DNA of 64,000 nt. Source: Gammaproteobacteria bacterium. GTDB taxonomy: Bacteria > Pseudomonadota > Gammaproteobacteria > SZUA-152. Each line of letters starts with the position of its first letter. Within the stretch, counting starts at the first letter, position 1. The DNA is taken from contig JAKIUF010000002.1 of NCBI GenBank assembly GCA_021647705.1, forward strand, positions 137,295-201,294, in the 5' to 3' direction. Made by a program: the position numbers and the translations under genes. The notes below the pieces were generated by a model. It was not told where the DNA came from. It was given only the letters and a program-made list of their open reading frames with translations, and searched no databases. Of the stretch, positions 1-8,650 are shown piece by piece.

Positions 1-80
1 GGCTCTCGGGCATTTTTCCACCATGATATGCAAGAATATAGTTCGGCATTTCAAATTTCCTTGTTGTTTATATTTCATAA

Positions 81-99
81 TACTTGCATTTTGCAAGTA
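81..99. promoter_or_regulatory. Perfect palindrome TACTTGCATTTTGCAAGTA upstream of the HxlR-family gene; likely operator
   Basis: 19-bp inverted repeat 50 bp upstream of the regulator ORF; HxlR/MarR-type regulators commonly autoregulate through such palindromes. Confidence 0.4.
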
Positions 100-149
100 G
101 GATAATATTAAGTTTTTTGCTTGCTTAATGCAAGTGCTATTATGGGGGT

Positions 150-572
150 ATGAAACGAAATACAAAAAAATATAGATCACACTGTCCGATAAACTTTGCT
201 CAGGAAACATTTGGAGATAAGTGGAGCTTGCTTATCATTCGGGACTTAATGTTTAAGGGCAAAAAATACTATGGTGAATTTTTAAATTCCGATGAAAAAA
301 TATCTACCAATATCCTGGCAGATCGGCTAGAAAAATTAGAGGTAGACGGGCTTTTAACGAAAGCAAGAGATAAAGAAAATAACTCAAAAAATATATACGC
401 CTTAACTCAAAAAGGCGTTGATCTATTGCCTATGCTATTGGAAATGATTGCTTGGTCAGCCAAATATGACAATAAAACAGGAACACCAGCAGAGTTCATA
501 AGGAGATTAACGGAGGATAAGGACTCCCTTATTCGTGAACTGATAGCAGGTCTTGGTAGCCTTAAAACATAA
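150..572 (+). CDS. HxlR-family winged-helix transcriptional regulator
   Basis: CPINFAQETFGDKWSLLIIRDL motif typical of the HxlR/DUF24 HTH family; 140 aa. Confidence 0.75.
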   Translation: MKRNTKKYRSHCPINFAQETFGDKWSLLIIRDLMFKGKKYYGEFLNSDEKISTNILADRLEKLEVDGLLTKARDKENNSKNIYALTQKGVDLLPMLLEMIAWSAKYDNKTGTPAEFIRRLTEDKDSLIRELIAGLGSLKT

Positions 573-578
573 CGCTCT

Positions 579-660
579 CATCAGGGGATTTTAAAGCTAG
601 CGTGGCTTTTGCGGTTTTTTTTGCAAAAGCCACGCTAGCTTTAAAAGTCCCTCTGGATGA
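579..660. repeat. 82-bp near-perfect hairpin (terminator-like or attC-like), preceded by ACATAAC and followed by a conserved 26-mer
   Basis: tcatcagggg / ttaaagctagcgtggcttttgc T8 gcaaaagccacgctagctttaa / ccctctggatga inverted repeats; CATAAC core matches the R'' cores of the right-hand integron attC sites. Confidence 0.5.
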
Positions 661-664
661 GTTT

Positions 665-890
665 GTGTACGCCCAGCATGGGCATGAACTAATGAGGTGA
701 AAGTCCTCTGTAGGAAGATCATCGCCGAACACCGTGTTGTTAGTAGGCGATAACTACTAGCGAATGGCAAGGGCCAGCCCGCGAGGGGCGGTCTGAAGGA
801 AGCCGGACGCACCAACAGTAGGCCCCATGAGGGGAATCTGCGAGCTGATGAACAAGAGCGTCATATGAGGCGTAGGCTGAAGGCGAAAAA
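665..890 (+). other. Possible truncated 5' fragment of a second group II intron (shares the first 26 nt GTGTACGCCCAGCATGGGCATGAACT with the complete intron at 2190)
   Basis: Same 26-mer placed 4 nt after hairpin 1 and 14 nt after hairpin 2; GC-rich, structured, non-coding; diverges after the 26-mer; ends at the MITE. Confidence 0.3.
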
Positions 891-894
891 AACC

Positions 895-943
895 GGGTCA
901 GAGAGCAATTGTTTCTAATATTAGTAAGTATCGCTCTCTGACC
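895..943. repeat. Palindromic MITE-like, bidirectional-terminator-like repeat, copy 1
   Basis: A-run + GGGTCAGAGAGCAATTGTTTCTAATATTAGTAAGTATCGCTCTCTGACC; the same element recurs at 6453 and 7324. Confidence 0.7.
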
Positions 944-993
944 TAACTGTGCAATATTTTTTAAAATCAATCGAGGTTGACCCCATTGATCTT

Positions 994-1410
994 TTAACGC
1001 AACAGATTTTTCAGTTCTTCTATTCTTGCAGTATTCAATCGAATGACACAACTGTTTACGGTGGTTACATAAGCAGGTGTTTCCTTCTCGATCTCGAAAG
1101 CCTCTATTTTGCAAGTTCTATCACGGAAGGTAATCCAAGCATCTTGAGCTTCGCTAACTACCGCAATTAATTCTTTGCCTAGTTTTAGGTCAGCCGCATA
1201 AACGCGCTTTGCGCGTTTCTCAAAATTCACAAATTCAGTCAATAGGAGGGCATTCGAATTCATCATCTCCTTATGTACGCAGTCGTCTAATTGAGGGCTC
1301 GTAGTGATATCTGTGCAATCGAGCTCGTCCGCCAGGAAAATGGTCTTCGTAGGCTGAGCCATGCAGGAGGTGGCAGAGAAAACCAGTAAAAAAATGTGCA
1401 ACAACCTCAT
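994..1410 (-). CDS. DUF1311/LprI-like lysozyme-inhibitor family protein (putative immunity protein), signal peptide
   Basis: N-terminal signal sequence; AQDAWITFRDRTC motif characteristic of DUF1311/LprI; overlaps the upstream lysozyme-like gene by 4 nt. Confidence 0.5.
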   Translation of the reverse strand: MRLLHIFLLVFSATSCMAQPTKTIFLADELDCTDITTSPQLDDCVHKEMMNSNALLLTEFVNFEKRAKRVYAADLKLGKELIAVVSEAQDAWITFRDRTCKIEAFEIEKETPAYVTTVNSCVIRLNTARIEELKNLLR

Positions 1411-2042
1411 TTGTTCGCTCCTGAATTCTTAACTGGCTTGCGACTCTTCAAATATTTGACACGATTGCGTCCAGGCTCATATTGCTTTATTGCCGCCGTC
1501 TCATTGATGTATTTAATTAGTTCGTCAAAGTCGTTATTCATGCCGGCCTTCATAGGGTTGGGTCCTTTGGTAAAGCCCTGATAGACAAAATCAACAAGTA
1601 CGTCTCGAATGGCTTGGTCTAGTTTGTTCCACTCAACTCGACTTTTCTCTGTAGCAGTCCATTTATCATAGTTCTGTTTCGCTCGACTTTCGTAATTAGG
1701 ATATATGTTGTCGAACAACTTGACCTGCTGTGCATGGGTTATCTTTCCTATCGTCTTCTTATGCTTCTCTGCGAACTCCTTTGCCTTGGCCCCCTTAAGT
1801 CCAGCTCCCTCGGATAGTGCCTTTGCGGTATTAGAGGGGATCCCAGCTTTAGTCATGTCTTGCTTAACTACAATTTTCGTGCGGTTACCCATGTCGTATC
1901 CTCGCCCGATTGTGACGCCGGAAAGAGCGTTTCCTGGCCAGTGGATGACTCGACTAAAATATTTCGATGTCTCTGCATCATTTCCTTCTGCATCGAATGT
2001 AATCTGCCCCTTTTTAACTTTAGTAGACATTTTTTCTCTCAA
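1407..2042 (-). CDS. Lysozyme-like (T4-lysozyme/GH24-like) protein, putative toxin
   Basis: FDAEGN...GVTIGRGYDMG resembles the T4 lysozyme catalytic DTEG..TIGIGH region; coupled to the LprI-like gene. Confidence 0.45.
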   Translation of the reverse strand: MREKMSTKVKKGQITFDAEGNDAETSKYFSRVIHWPGNALSGVTIGRGYDMGNRTKIVVKQDMTKAGIPSNTAKALSEGAGLKGAKAKEFAEKHKKTIGKITHAQQVKLFDNIYPNYESRAKQNYDKWTATEKSRVEWNKLDQAIRDVLVDFVYQGFTKGPNPMKAGMNNDFDELIKYINETAAIKQYEPGRNRVKYLKSRKPVKNSGANK

Positions 2043-2103
2043 ATCAATATTGGTTTGTAGATGTTATTGTTTAGTGCTCTGTGCTGCCCAACGTCGCCCA
2101 TAA

Positions 2104-2175
2104 CCGGAATTTTACCGCGTGGTTTGGCTGTGCTAAAAAAGCCTAGCACAGCCAAACCACGCGGTAAAATGTCCG
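2104..2175. repeat. 72-bp near-perfect hairpin (terminator or attC-like), preceded by CCATAAC, immediately upstream of the group II intron
   Basis: cggaatttt / accgcgtggtttggctgtgcta A6 gcctagcacagccaaaccacgcggt / aaaatgtccg; same architecture as hairpin 1. Confidence 0.5.
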
Positions 2176-2189
2176 AGTTGATGGGCCTT

Positions 2190-4198
2190 GTGTACGCCCA
2201 GCATGGGCATGAACTCAATATAGAAATAGAAAAGAAGACACCCAGTGCGCCGAGATAAATCGGTAGTTAATCAATTGGTGAAAGCCCAATACACAGTAAG
2301 AGCTAGCCACTCGCTGTGGCCCCGAGTCATGAGCTGTTATCGAAAGAGACACAGTTAAGCGTTGACAGGGGAACGTACAGGCTCAGTATTGAGCTCCGAA
2401 ATCACATTGAGAACGTTGACCTTGTTGGGTGAAGGGGAAGACCCTATTGATAACCTCGAAAATGGCAAGAGGTTGTCAAGCTCTCCGGAGTCATAGACCT
2501 GGTGCATGTACGAATGTTAACTACGCGGAACTCGGGAGCCCCTGTGTTTGATCAGCGCCAATCCAACCTCTAGTAGGAGGCAATGGTCGGGTTGAGGAAA
2601 TAAACCAAATAATCTCAACATCAACAAACACAGGGAGTCGGACAAAACCATAGTAGTGAAGAAGCAGGCGAACAAAGAGAGCAAGAGGAAAAAAAATGAC
2701 ATATTTCAATCCCCTTTGCCATCAGCGGAGTCAGTGGAGCGAAGGGTTTTGGCTAAGAGAAAGTTTGAGTAAACCCACCGAGACCTTGACGCAGAGCAAG
2801 GAAGAAACAGGCAGGGCACTGCACAGACTACATGAAGTCGCTAAACGAGATTCCCATCTCACATTCAACAACCTGCTACACCATCTGAGTATAGAAAAGC
2901 TCACACGAGCCTACTATGCGCTCAATCGAAAAGCAGCAAAAGGTGTTGATGAGCAAAGCTGGGACGACTATGGAGAAAACCTCCAGGAAAAGGTCAGCGC
3001 ATTACACACAAAACTGCATACCCAACGTTATCAACCACAACCCACAAAACGAGTCTGGATACCCAAAGCGAGCGGTCAACTAAGACCGATAGGCATCACT
3101 GCCATCGAGGATAAAGTGGTGCAGCAAGCCTTAGTCTGGGTGATGGAGTCGATATACGAAGCAGACTTTCTGGGTTTCAGCTACGGCTTCAGGCCAAATC
3201 GAAACCCACATCAGGCGCTGGACGTTGTCTACATTGCATTGACGGAAAAGAAAGTAAGCTGGGTGCTGGATGCCGACATACAAGGATTCTTCGATCACAT
3301 AGATCATGGCTGGATGATGAAATTCATTGAGCATCGGATCAGTGATAAAAGAATACTGGGACTACTGAAAAAGATACTAAAAGCAGGTGTGATAGAAGAA
3401 GGGAAATGGTCAAAGACGCGGATTGGAACCCCGCAAGGAGCTGTTATATCACCGCTACTAGCGAATATATACCTGCACTACGTCCTAGACCTATGGGCAC
3501 ATCAGTGGCGAAGAAAATACGCGCGAGGTGAAGTCTACATCGTACGATACGCCGACGATTTTGTACTGGGTTTCCAGTACAGAATAGACGGTGAACATTT
3601 TCACCAAGCCCTGATAGAAAGACTGAAATGCTTTGGACTGACATTGCACCCAGAGAAAACACGACTCATTGAATTTGGTCGGTTCGCTGAAAGCAATAGA
3701 AGAGAAAGAGGAGCGGGTAAGCCGGAAACATTTGATTTTCTAGGCTTCACGCACCTGTGCAGCAACAAGCGAAACAATAAAGGATTTAGCGTGCGCCGAC
3801 AGACCATCAGCAAAAGGCTGAGAGCCACGGTAAAAAGGATCAAAGAACAGCTGAAAAGAAACAACATGTTCAATGTTCACCGGCAGGGACGCTGGCTTCG
3901 CAAGGTGATGCAAGGTTTGATTAACTATTATGGCGTACCGGGAAACAGCACCGCGTTGGCAAGGCTGCGAACGGAAATGTGTTGTAACTGGCGAAAGTCA
4001 TTAAGGCGTCGAGGAAACAAAAGGCCGATAAACTGGCTGCAAATGACGAAGTTAATCAACCGCTGGATACCCAAAGTCAGCGTGGTTCACCCATACCCGA
4101 ATCAGCGGCGTTGTGTTTGACTCGAAGCAGGAGCCGGATGCGTTAGTAGCGCAAGTCCGGATCTGCGCCGGAGGCCTGACAAATGAGAACTGTAATGA
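2190..4198 (+). mobile_element. Group II intron (bacterial class C-like; reverse transcriptase without an En domain); boundaries approximate
   Basis: 5' GTGTACGCCCAGCATGGGCATG resembles the Ll.LtrB 5' end GTGCGCCCAGATAGGGTG (an alternative 5' end is GTGCG at 2245); ORF in domain IV; domain V-like GAGCCGGATGCG..CGCAAGTCCGGATC with AGC triad and 2-nt bulge at 4128-4165; sits right after a hairpin. Confidence 0.7.
2696..4120 (+). CDS. ltrA: Group II intron reverse transcriptase/maturase (intron-encoded protein)
   Basis: RT motifs (RPIGITAIEDKVVQQA, FDHIDH, YADDFVLG, TQGAVISPLLANIYL) and X/maturase domain; no C-terminal HNH/En domain. Confidence 0.9.
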   Translation: MTYFNPLCHQRSQWSEGFWLRESLSKPTETLTQSKEETGRALHRLHEVAKRDSHLTFNNLLHHLSIEKLTRAYYALNRKAAKGVDEQSWDDYGENLQEKVSALHTKLHTQRYQPQPTKRVWIPKASGQLRPIGITAIEDKVVQQALVWVMESIYEADFLGFSYGFRPNRNPHQALDVVYIALTEKKVSWVLDADIQGFFDHIDHGWMMKFIEHRISDKRILGLLKKILKAGVIEEGKWSKTRIGTPQGAVISPLLANIYLHYVLDLWAHQWRRKYARGEVYIVRYADDFVLGFQYRIDGEHFHQALIERLKCFGLTLHPEKTRLIEFGRFAESNRRERGAGKPETFDFLGFTHLCSNKRNNKGFSVRRQTISKRLRATVKRIKEQLKRNNMFNVHRQGRWLRKVMQGLINYYGVPGNSTALARLRTEMCCNWRKSLRRRGNKRPINWLQMTKLINRWIPKVSVVHPYPNQRRCV

Positions 4199-4399
4199 AA
4201 AAAAAAATTACAGAGCTTGTGAGTTGGGGCTTTACGGCAACTCAAATGAAAGCTTTGCATAAACCCCTTCCTCATTTACAACAACATGGTTAAAAATTGA
4301 TGCTTTTACCAGACACGGCAAAAAATCGAAAAATTTCCGGCAAACAAACTGGTTTTTTAGATCACAGGCAACAGGAGTCCCTCGCCATCCACCCAAGCG

Positions 4400-5551
4400 A
4401 CCTGAAAATAGAAAAATGAAGAAATGACTGGGTGCTATGTAGGTAAAGGTTGTCTTTGTTTATAAACACACTTTCCCACAGACTGACCTTTCAACCAGCA
4501 CTGACCTAATTGATCAGCAAACTGCCTGATTTTGTCCATTGCGCCCACCGCCCGAAAAAACCGCTGTTCGTAGTGGTTAATCATATCCAGCCAGCCCTGT
4601 TGCTCAATCCCCAGCCTGGACAAAATGGGAGGCAGGTTATCGGAAATAGCCCCGATTTTATCATCACGAACTGCCCGGCCGGTCCAGTCCACCAACTCCA
4701 GATAATCCGGGAATGAAAAAGCGATGCCTTCAGGCTGGTTGTTGCGTTCGTCACCGATGAAATCAACCAGTCTGACAGGTGTTTGAGCTATTTGTGATGG
4801 GGCTTGATCACGTTCAGGGGTTGAGGCTTGATGAGTTCGTATTCGCGCCTGAATCGATGTGTAATCGGATGCTTCCGGGCTGGGGTTGATGCCAGCCCGT
4901 ATAGGGTTAAGGTCCACATAGCTCATACAGGTGAGCAAGGCCTGTTCATCCAGCAAAGCCTGACTTTTGTAACGCCCTTCCCAGAATCGTCCCGTGCAGC
5001 GGTCTTCTGCATTGGCCTGTCGGGCGAGAGATTCATTTAAACAGCGCATGAACCAGCCCAGATCCATCAAACGGCTACGCCATTCCTGTACAAGCTCAGC
5101 AACCAGTTTCTTCTCTGCCTTACCCTGTCGCTCTCCTTTCTTCATTTGATCAATTAACAGCGGTGCCTTGAATAACGTGGTCCAGTGTTCAATCACTTCA
5201 TCATCAGACCATGCCACAGCTTGAGGCTGATTGATGTGCAGAACCAAATGGTAATGATTGCTCATGACAGCGTAGGCACAGACATCGATAGAAAAAACGT
5301 CGGCCAGTTCAGCGAGCTTATCCACTACCCATTGTTTGCGGTGTTCATAACTTTGTCCAGAGAACTCGTCTTTTCCGCAGAGAAAGGCGCGGCGAACACA
5401 GCGCGAGATGCAATGGTAATAAGGGGTTGAATCCAGGCAGACCTGGTTTTTGCGAGGTTTTGGCATCCGTGCCTCCTTCATGTGAATTGTACGCCTTGCA
5501 ATCTAACGAGGATCAGCCAGAGTGTCAATTAATTGATGGGTGTCTCTATTT
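4400..5551 (-). mobile_element. IS200/IS605-family-like insertion sequence (Y1 HUH transposase), copy 1; left boundary uncertain
   Basis: Right end defined by identity with the inverted second copy at 63644 onward (GATGGGTGTC terminus); carries one transposase ORF. Confidence 0.55.
4435..5481 (-). CDS. tnpA: HUH (Y1) transposase, IS200/IS605 or REP-associated tyrosine transposase-like
   Basis: HYHLVLH (HUH) motif, GRYKS catalytic tyrosine region, YHCISRCVRRAF N-terminal motif; 348 aa; second copy starts at 63729. Confidence 0.7.
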   Translation of the reverse strand: MKEARMPKPRKNQVCLDSTPYYHCISRCVRRAFLCGKDEFSGQSYEHRKQWVVDKLAELADVFSIDVCAYAVMSNHYHLVLHINQPQAVAWSDDEVIEHWTTLFKAPLLIDQMKKGERQGKAEKKLVAELVQEWRSRLMDLGWFMRCLNESLARQANAEDRCTGRFWEGRYKSQALLDEQALLTCMSYVDLNPIRAGINPSPEASDYTSIQARIRTHQASTPERDQAPSQIAQTPVRLVDFIGDERNNQPEGIAFSFPDYLELVDWTGRAVRDDKIGAISDNLPPILSRLGIEQQGWLDMINHYEQRFFRAVGAMDKIRQFADQLGQCWLKGQSVGKCVYKQRQPLPT

Positions 5552-5944
5552 TCTCTATTTTCAAGTTGTCCAATTGCCCATCTTCTGATCCAGAGCATAA
5601 AGTACCATAAAAACAATATGTTGTAAGTGTTATATTTATTCGAAAAAGTTAAATCTCTTCGGGTTTTATTCCCCGCCGCTTGCGGCGTAAGGTTGGAAAA
5701 AACCAAGGGTAGCTATATACGAAGCTTTATGAAAGCTATCAGCTGGCACCGTTTGTAAGAATACCCCGCTTTCGCGTAGCGAAAGTCGAGCTTAAGCGAG
5801 AGGGCTTGCCCCGGGGATTTTTATTCTCAACCTGTGGTTGATTTTTCGAAACTAGGGAATGCCCCATTTTGTCAAATATTATTGTGTTATGGTTTTGCTT
5901 TCATAGCTGGTTATTTAGCCAGTTTAATTTTACAGGAGGTGGCC

Positions 5945-6442
5945 ATGGATTCGGCAGTTTCTTCTTCTCCCTTTTTACGTTCTGTTGTTGAGGCTATTTG
6001 CGTGCGACATTACAGCATCCGTACGGAAAAGGCTTATATTAACTGGATCAAGCGATTTATTCTTTTTCATGACAAACGTCACCCCGCTAAAATGGGAGGC
6101 GTGGAGGTTGGGGATTTTTTGACCGATTTGGCGATGAATCGACAGGTGTCGCCCAGTACACAGAATCAGGGGTTAAATGCGCTGAATTTTTTGTACAAGG
6201 TGGTTTTGGAGCAACCATTGGGGGATGTGAAAAATTTGGTGCGGGCAAAGAACAAGCGTAAATTACCGGTGGTATTAACGGTTGATGAGGTGAGGGCGGC
6301 GGTGTTGCGTGAATTGAATGGGGTGCAGTGGCTGGCAGCTTGTTTAATGTATGGTTCTGGCTTGCGATTGATGGAGTGTTTACGTTTGCGGGTGATGAAT
6401 CTTGATTTTTTGCACCGCGCAGTTTATGTGCGCATATGGTAA
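5945..6442 (+). pseudogene. intI: Integron integrase intI, N-terminal about 165 aa fragment truncated by MITE copy 2
   Basis: [51 protein letters not shown] matches the N-terminal half of IntI and the right-hand intI; ends abruptly at the repeat at 6453. Confidence 0.65.
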
Positions 6443-6452
6443 AGAAAAAACC

Positions 6453-6499
6453 GGGTCAGAGTAATACTTACTAATATTAGAAACAATTGCTCTCTGACC
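6453..6499. repeat. Palindromic MITE-like repeat, copy 2 (inverted relative to copy 1), abutting the truncated intI
   Basis: GGGTCAGAGTAATACTTACTAATATTAGAAACAATTGCTCTCTGACC flanked by A-run and T-run. Confidence 0.7.
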
Positions 6500-6562
6500 T
6501 GGGTTTTTACGCCACAAAATGAAATCGATCGTGCCTGCTCCCCTTGGTCTTTATAGACGCTG

Positions 6563-6820
6563 CTATCTATTTTTGACCAATTTATTATGATACAGATCTT
6601 CAATGGGGAAAATCATTGTGTAATCATCCCAGTTTAAATTACCATCAATAATTTCAAACTTCAAAAACTCATCAATTGACTTATATTTTTCATAATCAGG
6701 ATGTCCACTTGAAAATATGAAAATAGAAAAATCTACATATGCATGATGACCATCAGAAAATTCAATATCTAATATATGACTAGTTTTATGTTTAGCTGAT
6801 TTTACCAATAATTCTGACAT
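6563..6820 (-). CDS. DUF2442-family small protein (partner of DUF4160)
   Basis: 85 aa; overlaps the upstream DUF4160 gene; typical two-gene DUF4160/DUF2442 module. Confidence 0.5.
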   Translation of the reverse strand: MSELLVKSAKHKTSHILDIEFSDGHHAYVDFSIFIFSSGHPDYEKYKSIDEFLKFEIIDGNLNWDDYTMIFPIEDLYHNKLVKNR

Positions 6821-7118
6821 TACGCACCTTTTGTGTTACATACGTCGGAGAAACATGCATTTTTTTAACAAAATAGTCTACCCATTTTTCTACAATATCT
6901 TCTGCATAGCAATTTACAAACCCTTCAAATTCTTTACGTTTTTTTGGCTCTAAGCCAGGACCTTTATCTTTTAGTACTATTTTATTAATTTTTCCATTTA
7001 AAAAATGAATCTCTGCTTTGGTTTCTTTGCCATTGTGTTTTCCATGAATATGTATAGGTTCGTGTTCATTGCTGTAAAAGAAAAAAACAATCCCAAAGTA
7101 TTCGTATATTTTCGGCAT
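6792..7118 (-). CDS. DUF4160-family small protein
   Basis: MPKIYEYFGIVFFFYSNEHEPIHIHGKH N-terminus is the DUF4160 signature. Confidence 0.55.
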   Translation of the reverse strand: MPKIYEYFGIVFFFYSNEHEPIHIHGKHNGKETKAEIHFLNGKINKIVLKDKGPGLEPKKRKEFEGFVNCYAEDIVEKWVDYFVKKMHVSPTYVTQKVRNVRIIGKIS

Positions 7119-7231
7119 AGATAACTCCTTTTTTGATTAAACTAAATTGCATTAGATAATGGAATCAGACTCGATTGATTTTCAATCTTGCGCCAATATT
7201 TCTTTTGAATTCTCGCCATTTCACTTACTTA

Positions 7232-7309
7232 ACTCCTCTACATTTTTGCCGCAGCAAAAAGCTCCGAGGGCTTAAGGTCTAGAACAAACGCAATACGGCG
7301 AATATTCAG
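7232..7309 (-). pseudogene. Remnant of the 3' end of an XRE-family regulator gene (paralogous to 8312..8542)
   Basis: About 78 bp, about 85% identical to 8312-8390; encodes ..[22 protein letters not shown]; no N-terminal part; bounded by MITE copy 3. Confidence 0.45.
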
Positions 7310-7323
7310 AAGATGAAAAACTC

Positions 7324-7377
7324 GGGTTAGAGAGCAATACTTATTAATATTAGAAACAATTGCTCTCTCTCTGACCC
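7324..7377. repeat. Palindromic MITE-like repeat, copy 3
   Basis: A-run + GGGTTAGAGAGCAATACTTATTAATATTAGAAACAATTGCTCTCTCTCTGACCC + T-run. Confidence 0.7.
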
Positions 7378-7480
7378 GGGTTTTTCTTTTAGAGACATAT
7401 TGAATTTCTAGTATTATTGCTAACGGCCAAGCTCAGCCTCGCCGTTTTTTGGCGTCGACTGGAGCGCATGGTTCGCTGCG

Positions 7481-7879
7481 TTATTCAAAGTAGCTCCGTA
7501 AACGCTGTGCCAATTTACTGGACTGTTTGTCGTATTGCTGTTGATGCGTGGTGATTGCTATTGGGCCGATGCGCGTCACCCCACGCGCTTTCAGGTGCTG
7601 CGCCAAGATATCTATAACTTTTTTCCCGTAGCCTCGACCCCGAAATGCTGAATCGATCCACCAGCCAGGTTGAACGTCATTTAGGCCGGATGCCTCAACT
7701 AGCGCAACCAACCGACCTGATGTTTCCTCGAATAAAGCGAAAAGTCCAGATTCATAAGCAGCCCAGACTTGCGGCGGCCCCAAATCATTTCGGTGCTCTG
7801 ACAAAGATAGCCGCTCTTGAATCAACTTTGACTGGGCTGGTGAAAGTACGGATTTCTCAATCATGACTAAGCATCTCAT
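7481..7879 (-). CDS. GNAT-family N-acetyltransferase
   Basis: IDSAFRGRGYGKKVIDILAQHL acetyl-CoA binding motif (R/Q-x-x-G-x-G/A). Confidence 0.75.
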   Translation of the reverse strand: MRCLVMIEKSVLSPAQSKLIQERLSLSEHRNDLGPPQVWAAYESGLFALFEETSGRLVALVEASGLNDVQPGWWIDSAFRGRGYGKKVIDILAQHLKARGVTRIGPIAITTHQQQYDKQSSKLAQRLRSYFE

Positions 7880-8311
7880 TCAAGCAGCTAACGTCTAAAT
7901 GTCTGTTGGACTATACCGCCTCTACCGGGTCAGCAGACTATGGGGATTGTATTGAAAGCGATAGGGCTTGTCGAAGGGCGATAATACCGTTTTGGTTGTG
8001 GTCATGTTTGACAAGGCCATTTTCTTAACCATTTTCAGGTTTGTCACTCATTCAGTCTGTTTGTTGTTTAACACGTTATCATCAGGTCACCGTCCATACA
8101 ACGGGGTTGCTGGGGTTTCAGAACACACCTGAAGTCGGCCCTTTTTACATTTTGGGCAGAGACAGGTGGCGGATGTTATTCCGTATCTGTTTTTGTTTCC
8201 GGTTCACGTGGCGGTGCTTGCAGGCACTGACGGATGATCGCCAGCTTTTGCTTTCGGCTGAGGTTGGATAAAAACTCGTAATGCCAATAGCTATCGTATT
8301 AATTAATTTCT

Positions 8312-8542
8312 CTACATTTTTGCCGCAGCAAAAAGTTCCGAGAGCTTAAGCTCCAAAACAGATGCAATACGGCGGATATTCAGAAGCGAAACGTTTCTTT
8401 CGCCTCGCTCGATAGCCCCCATGTAAGTACGGTGCATTCCACACAAGCTGGCAAAATTCTCTTGCGACAGCTCAAGAGCCTCCCGTTTTTTTCGGATCGT
8501 TGTCCCAAGCGACTTTTGGGCCTGTTTTTGAGTAATTTCCAT
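8312..8542 (-). CDS. XRE-family helix-turn-helix transcriptional regulator
   Basis: [37 protein letters not shown] motif; start assumed at MEITQKQ. Confidence 0.7.
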   Translation of the reverse strand: MEITQKQAQKSLGTTIRKKREALELSQENFASLCGMHRTYMGAIERGERNVSLLNIRRIASVLELKLSELFAAAKM

Positions 8543-8650
8543 CAGGCCAGTATCTGGAATGAAGACTATAAATCTACACATTATAAGTAGCAATTTTTGT
8601 GATGCGGCATATAATGCTACTTATAGTCTTCAAAAAGGGAATTCAGGAAA

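Noticed and set aside
597-1114. ORFs 597..815 (-), 740..1114 (-) and 949..1170 (+)
   Set aside because: They cover the structured hairpin, the intron-like fragment and the MITE, and they overlap the better-supported LprI-like gene. There are no RBSs or motifs.
7390-7480. Possible attC site downstream of the GNAT gene
   Set aside because: It has a GAATAAC-like start and a GTTAGCA-like end, but the internal arms are not complementary. The region looks more like a plain terminator hairpin (AACGGC..GCCGTT plus T-run).
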